Of a stretch of DNA of 64,000 nt, positions 1 to 12,000 are shown one piece after another (position 1 is the first letter of the stretch; the number at the start of each line of letters is the position of its first letter). The DNA lies in contig OY253668.1 of the NCBI GenBank assembly GCA_958009085.1, forward strand, positions 1,922,001-1,986,000, written 5' to 3'. Origin of the DNA: Protoeuglena noctilucae (taxonomy: Eukaryota). A model generated the notes under the pieces. It was given only the letters and a program-made list of their open reading frames with translations. It had not been told where the DNA came from and ran no database searches. Both the position numbers and the translations under genes were made by a program.

Positions 1-3000
1 GAGAAGGTGATGACCGCGGGGAGCGGCTCAAGCCGGAGGATGCCCAGTCGCACGACCGGGTCCGAGGCAGCGGCGGCGGTGGTGGGGCCGGCGCTGGGGA
101 ACACCGCGGCGAGGGAGTTGGAGAAGGAAAAGAGGCGCCAGACCAGGGGCTCGTCGATCATCAGGTGCGGACCGCCCACGACCTGCGATGGAAGGTGGGT
201 GGGCGAGCGCAGTGGGTGGGTACGGGGTGGGATGAGGTGGGCAGCGAGTGCGGAAGTGGCATACAACGGGGTAGCACATTGTAGATACGTGGCGAAGGAG
301 GGGACTCGCCTGGAGTAGGAGGAATGGGACGTGCGTGACGGCATGGGTGCGGGTGGAGGTGTGCTGCACGGACACGCTCACGGCCGGCCAGGCGTCGTGG
401 CAGGGCTCGGGGCGGACCCAGTGGAGCGCGACGGGGTGCGCGGTGCGGAGCATGTTGTCCACCTGCGAAGGGACGGGGCGGGGGGTGGGCGATTGTCAAC
501 CTCATGATTGTTGGCAGGGGCGCACTGGTGGTGAGCATGGGTGATTATGGGCGTGGTGGTGGGTTAGTGTTAGCAGCGCCGAGCGTCGGCCCAGTGCCAC
601 CGCTCGTGCAGCAGGCGGCTAGCGACTTGCCTGGAGGCTGTGGAGCGACGCCCGGAGGCGCGTGCTGGCCTGGATGCCTAGGCCCGTGCGAAGGTGCACT
701 TGGACCCCCGTTACTGACACCAGCACCAACTCCTGCAACTGCTGGTCGATTACTGCGGGTGCGAAGAGGGCTGGCCAGTTGCTGAGCCCCTAAGGACGGT
801 CGCTCAAGGGCAGCATACCCGTCCCATCGCTGTGCGTGCCAAGAGACAAGTGCTTGCAGTACCAGCAGTGCTGCCCACATTGCCACCTCAGTCTCACCGG
901 ACAGGTCCATGGCCGCGACGGCCACGTGCAGCGTCACGGGCGTGGCGGGCCCCGCCTTGGGAGCGCGGGACTCGAGGGTGGCCGCCCCCGCCGGCTGCAG
1001 CACGAGCACTTGCGTTACGGCACGAGGGCCGCCCACGGCGGCCGCCCACTTCTCCGATGCAGAAGCGCCCTCCTCGGGGCTGCGGAATCCAAAAGAGGCA
1101 ATTAAATATTGCAATCAAATACACTAGCAGCGATGCAACAGTGACCGGACTTCAGCCCTCCCAAACGCCCTGCCACGCATCGCCCTCCACCGCCACACCC
1201 TCGCAGCCCTTCAACGCAGCCCCACAGCGCCTTGCCACCCCCACCACCCCCGACATCTCACCCGTACGACAGCAGGGCCCCCTTGGCCACCATCACGTCC
1301 GCACGCACCCCCGCCGCGTGACCTGGCACCCCCCCGACCTCATCCGCACTGGCAAGGTCCTCCAGTCGCGCGTGGCCCAGGCTCATCAGCGCCTCGCTCT
1401 CCACGTCCGCGTCGCCGGGCACACCTCCCGTGGGGGTGGCGCATGCACCCAGGATATAGGTGCGTGGTGCGTGCACCATCGGCGCACCCGTGTCGTCCTG
1501 GAGCGCCACCTCCGCCACCGGCCACGCCCCCGGCACCTGCCACGACACGCCCGCCGCGTGCATCGGCGGCACGCGCAGGGGAGGCAGGCGGCCTCGGGGC
1601 GTGCACGGGCGCAGGGACGCCGGGAGCGCTGCGGGCGTGGGCAATGACATGTGCGTGACTGACATGACATGTGGAAGATATGTGATGTGGCGAGTAACTA
1701 TCGATCAATTGGTCGTCCACCAGTGCACTCGTTCGCAGCATACCAGCAAGGAACCATGCATGCGCTGCAATGCGACTTGCTCGGCAAGCACCCAGCTGCC
1801 GTGTGTTGCATGAAAGCGTCTCACCGGTGGCGTTGACGATGATGTGTAAGGGATCGATCGCCACGGGTCCCACCTCCACGCGCACCACCCCGCTGGCCGT
1901 CCGGCCCACACGCACCGTCACCATGACCCAAGCGCCAGAGACCGAAGCGCCCATCACCAGCACCCCGCGCGCGCGCTTGGCGGCGCGAGAGAGCAGCTCC
2001 GCCAGGGACAGCGGGTGCAAAAAACCCACTGCACGCGCCTGGCCCGAAGCATGGGTCTGCGAGTGGCGGGGGTGGCGGGGTAGCGTAATGTAGCATGGGG
2101 TGGTAGCTTCGGGCAGCAAAGCGCGGGGCATCTAAAAGCAATGGGAAAACGCAGCCAAACCCCTCGGCCCCTCACCTGCGCGTCTCCCGGTGCAGACGCC
2201 GTCGCCTGTGCCAGGACCGACTCTGGCACTTGCAAACCCACGTCACGCACCGACGATGACGTCGCCAGCATGAACGGCACGTCCAGCGGCGGCGCCCAGT
2301 CCAGCGCGGACCCCTCCCTGCCGTGCACCGAGCCTGAAACCGAGCCCGATGGTGCCACACCCCCACCTCCCGACGTGCGCGCCGTCTCAGGCACAGACGG
2401 CCCCGCCCCGCCCGAGGCCCGCCCCTGCTCCTCCCACGCGGGCCGGGGCAGCGCAGGCGCGGCTCCCGTCGCCGCTGCTTGCACCCTGCCCCCAGGCAGT
2501 GCCCTCGGATCCAAGGCCAGGGTCATCCCCACACAGTCGGGTGCCGTCACGCTCCACAGCAGCGGGACGGGCACGGCGTCCGGGGTAACGACGCCGGAGA
2601 TGGCGGGGACCGCGGCGAGGTGCGCGCCTGACGCAGCGGCAGGGCGTGTGGGGTCCGGTGGGACCGGTCTTGCCGCCAGCACCTGGAAGTGCAGGGGCAG
2701 CCCGGATCGGTTGATGAGCTGGGCGCTGGGGAGCAGGAGGAGCTCGTAGGCGAGCTTGGAGGCCCCCCGCCCCTCGCTGACGTGCGCAATCAGGTCCAGG
2801 GTGCCACCCAGCCGGGACTCGGGCAGCGTGTCGAGGCGGAGGAGCATGCTGGTGAGCTCGTGGTGGCCCACGACGGGGGACCAGCAGGTGCCGCGGAGAC
2901 GCAGCACGACGCCGAATTCGTGCTCCGGGACCGTGGGGAAGGAGAGGAGGCCCACGCGGCCGGCGGGGACCACAGACGTCGAATGCACGACGCTCCGCGT

Positions 3001-6000
3001 GCCCTCGGGGTGAGGGTGCGTGGCCAGCGACACGAGCGGCAGCGACGCCGCGCCCTCCCCGCCCTCTCCCTGCGCCTCTTCCACCACGCTGGCGCTGCTT
3101 GAGGGACCCGCACCCCCCCGCCCCCNNNNNNNNNNNNNNNNNNNNNNNNNNNNNNNNNNNNNNNNNNNNNNNNNNNNNNNNNNNNNNNNNNNNNNNNNNN
3201 NNNNNNNNNNNNNNNNNNNNNNNNNNNNNNNNNNNNNNNNNNNNNNNNNNNNNNNNNNNNNNNNNNNNNNNNNNNNNNNNNNNNNNNNNNNNNNNNNNNN
3301 NNNNNNNNNNNNNNNNNNNNNNNNNACCACCAGCGGCGCCCACACCGTCATCCGCACACGACGGAACAGCGCCGCGCCAGCCGCAGATTCCGAAACAGCC
3401 CCGCGCCCGCGCCCACGCCCCCGGCCACGCCGCCCCCGCCCGCCCCGCCCGCCGGCGCCGCGGCCTCCTCGCCCGCGCCCCCGACCACCTGCCAGTCGAA
3501 ACCGATCTCGTACCGCGCCTCGGGGCTCGCGGCAGGCGCGACCTCCACCGCCAGTGACCCCGACCCGGCCGAAACCACCGTGTGGGGCGCGGGGAGCTTG
3601 ATGGGGGCTCCCGGCCGCGAACCTGTGCCCCTGCGGCTCGACCACCACGCACATCTCCTGCATGGGGTTGACCGTAAACACCGCCCCGACGTCCCCAGGC
3701 CCCACGGCAGCTTGTGCCAGGGCACTATCCCCAGCAGCCCCCGCGCCCAGCAGCGTGAATGCAAGGGGCACGGGGAGGGTAGTTGGCGACTTCCAGGGGC
3801 GGGCCGATGACGAGGTCCCAACTGGGAACGGCACGGCCCCCACCGCCCCCGTGCACCTGGTGCATGCGCCTGACGCACTCCAAAGCCAGCCAGACGTGAG
3901 AGTCAAAGGCGGTGGAGCGGGAACGCTGCGGCGGCGAGCGCGCGTTAGGCGGCGCGCCGGGCGGGGGCAACCGGGCGCAGTGGAGCAGCACGAAGCCGCC
4001 TGGCACGAGGGCGGTGAGGTCGACACAGCTGTCGGCGCTTCCCGCCTGTGCGGCGCCCCACTCGTACTCGGACGCGGGTCCGGGACCGCCGGGGGGCTCG
4101 CGGGGCCGCAGGAGGACCACGGAGGCGGCGTTGCGTGCCAGGAACTGCAGGGGAACGCTGGCGGACTCCCCCGGGCTTAGTACGCCCAGGTAGCCTGGGC
4201 TCGCGGCCTCAGAAGCCCTCTGGAGCTGGGATGTGATGGGCACGTCCGTAGCACTGCGGGAGGGATGAAGGGGGGGGGCTGGCGGGTGGGTGGGAGTAGC
4301 CAGAGAGAGGGTAGCAGGGGCAACGCATTACATGGGCAACATTGATGCATGGTCCAAACCCATACAAGCATAGATGTGCCTCCCTCGCCTGGCGGACTCG
4401 TCGCCCTCCTCGTCGTCTGCGTGGCCGTGGTTGCCCGCCAACACCACCCGCACGCGGCGGCGGACCCACCGACGCCTCCTGCAATGACGTTCATGGGGTG
4501 CTTTTGATATTGTGAGCATTCACAGCGAAGGGCTTGTAAACAGACATCTGTCGCTCCCATCCCTCACTCGCCTGACGAAGTGGTAAGCCCGCCGGACGGC
4601 GTTGTGCGGCGTGGGGGGCCAGGAGAGGTCCTGGAAGCTGATGCTGTAGGCCCAGCCATCGGCATCGGTGTTAGCATGCACCTCCGCCTCCCAAGGGCCC
4701 TCCCAGCGCCACCCCGCGGGCAGTGCCACCTGTGGGAAGTCGTTGCTGCTGGCGGGGAAGGCGTGGGAGTAGGGGCGACACGAATCAAAGGGAAGGAGGA
4801 ACCCACGGCCACCCCAGCCCCTGCAAGCGACGACGACGGTAGGGGCACATGAGCTTGCGGGAGCTCAGCGACTCGCTGCTGTGGATGTAAGAGGCAGATT
4901 AAGCGGTGGAAAAGCGATGCTAGGACACGATATTGCCCCTCAATGTTAATGTGTTTGTTACCGCCGCCTTGGAAAGGTCGGCGCGATCGCCATAAAACAC
5001 TCGCCACCATGCATCACTCCCATCATCCAGCACTCGCCTGAGGGGCTTGAACCGCTGGTTCTCAAAGACCTCCAGCTCGTCCCGCGGTTCTCCCGACTCC
5101 GGCGGAGGCACCACAAACACCCCTGGCCCGCTCGCCCGCCTCGCACGACCCCGACCCTCCCTTTGCCCCGTATGCGCCTCCACTTCCGACCCCGCCCGGC
5201 TGTGGCCCGGCCCCTGAGCCCCTCCCTCTGACGAGGGCCACCGCCCATAGTCGGAAAGGCTGTCCCGGCTGCCATACGCCGCTTGGAAAGGCCCCGGCTG
5301 GCCCTCGTGGTTGCCCTCCAGCAACACCATCACCTCGACATCGAACGGCGCTGTGTTGGTGACGCGGCAGCGGGACGACACCACGTCCACCGCACGCCCG
5401 TCGCGCACGGCTCGCTCCAGCAGCAGCACCTGGCTGCCCACCTGCACGGCTCGGCAGTCTTGTGCCGGGGCTGCACCGCTCTCGCCCTTCACACCCTTGC
5501 CCCTCGCACCGCCCTTGGCACCTGCACCTGTGCCGTCCCCCACCGCAGCTCCCGCGTCGCCCAGGGCCGGCAGCACGCCCCAAAGCAAACCCTGGATGTC
5601 CTCTTCGCCCTCAATCGCCAGCGCCCGCGCCCCCACCGCCGCCGCCCTCCCGCCCCCTCGGCCGCCCTCCACCACATCCTCCACCCACACCTCGCACTCC
5701 ACCACCGCACCCCCGCGTCCCACCGCCGCCGACACCCTATGCTTCCTTGGAGCCTGCCCTGTCCCCGCCAGCCGCGCCGCCACCCCCTCAGCTATCGCGT
5801 CCCTGTCCAGGTCCACCACGCACTCCCCCAGCTCCACCAGGACCCCTCCCGTGCCCTCGGCCCGCGCCGTCACGCGCAGCAGGCACGGCCGCACGGCGCC
5901 GCCCGTGAGCCGGGCGCCGGGGTCGTCGATCGCCAGCGTCGCCAGAAACACGTCCCCGAGGTCCGCCGAGGCGCGGCGGCCGGCCGCCAGGGCCGCGGGG

Positions 6001-9000
6001 GCCAGGCGGACGGTGCGGGTGCGCGCGGCGGTGAGGATGGGGGCGCGCTGGTTGCTGTCAGGCAGCAGCACGGCCAAATCAACACCGCACGTCACCAGCA
6101 CATCTGCCGAGAGCGTCCCGGGCGCAACAGCAGGCAATGCGAGCGCAGCGGCGGGGGCCTCGAGGCGCGTGACCCGCAGAGCTAGGACCGCGCGGAGAGG
6201 GCGGACCATGGCGCGGCGGGGCGGGGCAGTGCGTGCGGGTGCGGCCGCCTCTACGGCTGACCCGGGTGCCAGCGGCCGCTCCGAGACGCCCGCGGGGCCG
6301 TTCCCGTCAAACACCCGCAGCCGCAGGGGCACTCCCGTGGCGTTGAGGACGTCGACGCTCCGCGCTGTCTCTCGCCGGCGGGCCGATGCAGCCTCGTCCG
6401 CACGATGCTTGGCTGCGCAGAGGGAAGGAGAGCAGCAGTCCTCTCACGCTCTAATGGTCACGAGAACACAGCGCGGAACCGAACAACGATGTATCCTAAA
6501 CTCCCAGCAAGGCAGAGCGCGCCCTCACCGCCCAGCCTGCCCCTGCCCGCCGCCTCGCTCTGTTGCCCGAACCGCGCCTCGGCCCACTCAGCATACGTGC
6601 GCAGGAGTGCGTCAGCTGTGCGGAACGCCGCCGTCAGGTGCAGGGCCTTATCACCACCCGACTCAATTGTCGCGTGCAGGCCGGGCGCCACGCTGTGCTC
6701 CTCGGTGCTTTGGGGGTTATACCTTGTCTTGCTCACCACGTCCCACCGCTCAACCACCGGCTCCCACTCGCGCGCAGGGGCGTTGTAGGCCCACGCCTCA
6801 ACTGCCACCCTCGCCACGGACGTCAGGAGGCCCGAGGGGAGGCGGTTGGCGCCCGCGTGACCGTCTGAGGGGAATGGGTGGGTGGGGAGCAGTGTCGATG
6901 CAAGGTGGGGGTGGGTGGGGAGCAGTGTGGCGGGCAGTGTGGTTGGTGAGGGCCAACGTGGGAGAGCTGGTGCAGGCAGTGAAAAAGCAGTGCGGGGACA
7001 GCATCGGAAGGCAGTGGGAAGGATAGGGCGATTGGGACAGTGAGGGCACACTCGTCGACTAACCTGCACTGCATTACATGTCCTTACCTAGGACGCAGAC
7101 GTCGAGAACGGGTGCGCCGGAGAGGTCCCCGAGAACGACGCTGACGTCAGGGAGCAGCAACTCCACACGCTGTGGGGTGGCGGAGGCCGCTTGGGGTGGG
7201 CGGGGCGCCTTGAGAGCCAACACCTCATCCAGCTCGGGTGTGAGGCGCTGCATGGGCCCCACGAGGCGCTCGGTGCGCACGGTGAAGGAGTGGGTGCGTT
7301 CATTGAGTAGGAAGGCCTCGAGTCGGAGATAGCCCATCGTGGTCAGGGCCCGAGCCCCAGGGCGCCATGCACGCAGGGTGTTGAGACCTGTCCCCTGTGC
7401 CAGCTCGCTGACGACGACGCAGTAGTCGAGAGCGCGGGGTGCGACGAGCGAGGTGGTGACCATGCAGCCCACGGCTAAGTAGCCGGGTGGGGCGTCAGGG
7501 GCCCAGACGTAGACGTGGCGGATGTCGTCACGGAAGAGCAGGTGGAAGCCTGAGAGGGTGAGTGATAAGGGGAGAGGATGAGAGAGGAAAGATGGGTACT
7601 GAGTGGTGAGGTGAGGGGTGAGGGCTGAGTTACGAGGGATGTGGGGTGAGTGGACGGTGAGTGAGGGGACGGCAAGCGGTGAGCAAGAAGGGAACTGCCA
7701 CAGTTGCCCAACTACCAGCCCTTTCTCACCCGTGGGCCTCGCGACCAGGTCCCCCAGCCGCTCCATGTTGAGCAGCAAGCAAGCAGCGGGGGGCTCCTTG
7801 CCCCCAAACGACAGGCAGTCGCCGACAGCACCGAACCCGTGCGGCACGACCGGGCGCCACAGCGACGCCACGCTCGCGGGGTCCACGTCCGACCGCGGGG
7901 GCTCCCAGAACACCAGACGGAACTCCGCGGTGTGCCCGAAGAGCTGTTTCTCAGCCGGGTTGCCCCCCGCGCCACGCGCGCCCTCGCGCTCGCGCCCCGC
8001 CTTCAGCAATCGGTCCAGCATGTAGAGGTGCACGCGCGCGCCCGCCCACTCCCGCGACCCGGGCCGGCGCTGTGCGGGCGCGGCCCTGCCACGCGGCCGG
8101 CTGGCGCAGAGCTTGGCCCACGAGCCCGCAGGTGCCAGGCCCCTCTGCTCCGTCAGCTGCAGCATGTTCCACAGCTGCTCGGGCGTCGCGCCGGGCGGGT
8201 GCGCCAGCCGCGCCACGGGCGGCACGCGGCCGGGGAAGGCCCTGCCCTCGTGGCCCCGAGACGCCTCCCCGACCCAAAAGGTCCCGGCATCGGTACCCGC
8301 TGCCCAGACGGTCACTGCGCTGCGGCGCCCGCGGCCCACGGGACCGGAGTGACCCGCCGCGTGCGCCCCGGCCGGGCCTGGCCCCGCTAAGCCCGCGCTT
8401 TCAGCCCCACCGTGCGCGAGGGGGGCGCTGGGCGGTCCGAAGGCGAGCATCGACGCGGCATCGACAACAGCGCCCGCACCCGCGGCCTTGGGCGTGCCGC
8501 AGAAGAGCACAGCGGCGGACGCGCAGGGATCAGCGGCAGAGGCCAGGATGCAAGCGACGGACGTCTCTGCAGGCGGCAGTCCGTCAGCGCTCGCCACGCA
8601 CCCCAGCGCGCAGTAGCCCGGGGGCGGCTGGGGCGCCCAGAGGGCCAGCGGCGGTGCCGCGCCGCCCCAGTCGCGCCACGCGACCTCCGCGTCGGCCCCC
8701 TGCATGCCAGCGCGTGTGACCAGAGGGGCCTCACGGGCCCATGTGCTGAGAGAGTGGGGCTCGGGAGGGGGCCAAACGAGGTGGAATCCCAGAGGATGCG
8801 CAGCGAGACCTGATGCCATCGACACGGCGGCTGCGGGGACGGGTGGCGGGTCCGGCCCAGCACTGGCCACGTCGCCGAGGGCGCAGTAGCCGGAGGGCGG
8901 CTGGGGGCGCCAGAAGGAGAGGGACGGCGGGGGCGGGGCGGCGGCTGCGTGGGCGTCCGTGGCAGCGGCGTCCTCCCCGCAGAAGAGGAGGGCGAACTGG

Positions 9001-12000
9001 CCGCACGGCGCGAGGGGCTCGGCGGCGGGCGGGGGGGAGAGCGACGCGAGGACCTGCGGGGGTGAATGAAGTGGATAATTCTGGTAAGTCAACGGGTGAC
9101 ATAGGTGAGGGAGACGGGCATGCACTGCAGTCGATAGCACCAGACATGACAGGAACGGGTTGGCGTGGGCACGGCACGGCGCGGCGTGTCTGGCGCTCGA
9201 AACCCCCCGCGTCAGGTGCCAGGTGTCCCTCACCTCCTCTTGCAGCGCGAGGATGCGGTCGAGGAGGTCCAGGTTGACGCTGAGCCGCACGGGTCCGATG
9301 TTGGCGGAGACGTCGGTCACGTCCGTGCGAACGTGGTACGCGAGCGTGAGGTCCACGGGCTGGGGACAGGGGCGAGGGTGGCAAGGGTTGTGAGAAGTGG
9401 TCACAGGTAAAAAGAGTGAGTTACAGAGAAGGAGAGAATGAGCTGTGGGGCGGGGTTTGCAGTGCTACCATCACAGCGCAAGCGGACACTCGCGCCCAGC
9501 TCCTGCCCTTGCCTCCAGGATGACTTGCCGGGAGAGCAGCCCGCGCTCCGCCGACCCCGCCCACGTCCCCGCCCACGCAATGCCACCCCGCTCGTCCTCA
9601 CGCCTGCTGTCCCTGGGCCCTCCAGCCCCCGAGGGCTCCCGGCCCATGCCACCCAACGCATCCCCGCCCCCCTCCGCCAGCACCAGCGACGCCGCTTGGA
9701 GACCCCCGACGCGGCAATCGACGCTCACTTCTGCCCCCTGCTGCGCGTACCTCGCTCCCAGGTCCGCCTCCCACCGCACCACCCGCCGCTCCCCCGTTGC
9801 GGCCGGCCGCGCCCTCGTTTCCAACGCCAGCCCCAGCGCGAGGCCCACCACGTCCACCGCCACCCGCACCTTGGCACCCGCGGCCCCAGCGCCCCCTGCG
9901 ACCGCCCGCTCCCCCCGCGCGCCTCCCTCATGGGCTGCGCTCGTCATCGCCACCTGCGCCTCCGTCACAGTCGCACGCAGCACCAGCCGGTGGTCCAGCG
10001 CCGGCACCACCGCCCAGGGCAGCAGCACGTCGCCCGGCAACACATCGCCCGCCACGCCCGGCGCCTCCGCCTCCCCACGGCCCTCCACCGCCTCCCGAAA
10101 GTCCGCCGGACCAAACTTGTGCCTCCGGGGCACCACGCGCGCCCCGTCGGCCACGTCCGCCGCCAGCCGCGCGCCCGGGGCCAGGCTCAGGCACGCGGAG
10201 AGGTTGTGCCCGTTCATCACAGTGGCGTCGGTCACGCGCAGGGTGTGCCCGGCGCCCACCACGATGCATGGCGCAGCAGCACCCGGGGCCTCGACCGTTT
10301 CTGGCAAGAAGACTTTGAACCCCGCACCGTCCAGGACAAACTCCGAGCCCTCCGGGGCCCAGGGGTCCGTGACGAGGCGGGCGGCGCGGGAGAGGTGGAG
10401 GGGCCCCGAGAGTCGCGTGCGGCCGGGGCGCAAGACGAGGTCCAAAGAGTCGGGAGCGCCTTTGGGACGGGCGGCGGAGCGTGGGCCGAGTGGGAGGAGG
10501 AAGTCGGCGACTGCCACGAGGAAGGAGGGGTCCGTGAAGACGAGGGGGCGCTGCAGGCGGACGCGCGCTGAGAGGGGCGACATGCCGGGGGATGCGTCAA
10601 CCAGGACGGCGACCAGGGGTGCTGCGTCCAGGCACGGAGCGGCGTGCGGGGACGGGGACTCGCTTGGGGTAGCCGCGCCGGGCCCGGGCGCCGCGCTGAG
10701 GACCAGGCGGCGTGCGGCGGGCACATCTGGGCGGGCGTCGATGACGCGGAGGGTCGGAAGCAGCACCGACGCCGACAGCGACCCGTCCACGCCCTGCCGC
10801 ACCGCTGCGCGGGCCCCGGCGACCACTACGGACGCCAGCGGCAGCGTCCGCGCCACGGGATCGCCCCCAGTCACGCCCGCGGTCGGCCGCAGGGGCGTGG
10901 GCTCGTCCACGCCATCCGCGCCGCGTGCCACGTCAGCCCCACCGGACCGGACACCTTTGCGCGCCGGTCCCCGCCCCGCATCCGCGCCGGCGGTGCCCCG
11001 GGGGCTCTGCAGCAGGTCCAGCTGCATGCCCCGCACCTCGAGCGTCCCCAGCAAAGCGGCCTGCGTGGTCGATGCGCCACGCGGGCCCGAGGGCGTGAGG
11101 GTGTCACTGCGTGGCATCGCCTCCGCCGGGGATCGGGGCGCTCCGAGGGGCGCGCCGGGCGCCGAGGGCCGGCGAACGGGGGCCTGCGACTGTGGTGCGT
11201 GGCTCTCTGCGAGGAGGCTGACGTCTCCGGCGCTTGACCTGGCCTCGTCAGTCGCACCGCAGGGCCGGGAGGCGTGGTGAGCTGGCGTGTCCGGCACGGG
11301 GCCCCCCAGGGTAAAGTAGGTCCCCTCGGGAAGCTGCAGAGGCTCCGCGAAGTTCTCAGCGATAACAGCAGAAATGACGGCCAGGTCGTCGTCCCTTAGC
11401 GCGGCCGTGGCGCCCTCAATGACGGCGTCCAGGCACATCTGGGGCGCGAGGGCGGCGGGGGCGACGGGCTGCGAGGCGCGTCGGTCCAGGAGGAGCCGCG
11501 TGGCCTTGACTTGGATGCTCGTGTCGCCCTGGAGGATCTTGGGACCAAAAACACCCCCCGCCACCGCCCGCACCGACACCTGAGTCAGGGACAGGTCCAT
11601 CGCGTCCACCTGCAAGGGGCAAATCGCTTTTTTGGTTGTGACCACGCCCCTACCCTCACACCTACCCTCGCACCTACACCCTCGCACCTACCCCTGCGCG
11701 CCCACCATCATGCACGGTAATGCCCGCTAATGCCCCTCACCAGGACTGCGCCTGGGTCGTCCATGTCCGCGCCCGTCCCCTCCAGAACCCCCACGCGGTT
11801 GCGCACCGTCAGCTTGCCCAGATCCAGCTCCAGCCAGTCAGTGGCCGCGCTGTCCCGGGGAACCGTAATCACCGGCGCATCGATGTCCACATCCAACAAA
11901 AGCAGCATGGGCGCCGCAGCAGCCGACGACGAGTCCTGTCGCGTGTCCAGCGACGGCTCCTGCTGAGAGCGCGGGGAAGCCAGCTGCCCAGTGCCTTGCG

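Noticed and set aside
5311..11280. Long plus-strand ORFs (571, 611 aa and others) antisense to VPS13, and similar shadow ORFs window-wide
   Set aside because: They are Ala/Arg/Pro/Ser-rich with no motifs and are expected from stop-codon scarcity opposite high-GC coding sequence.
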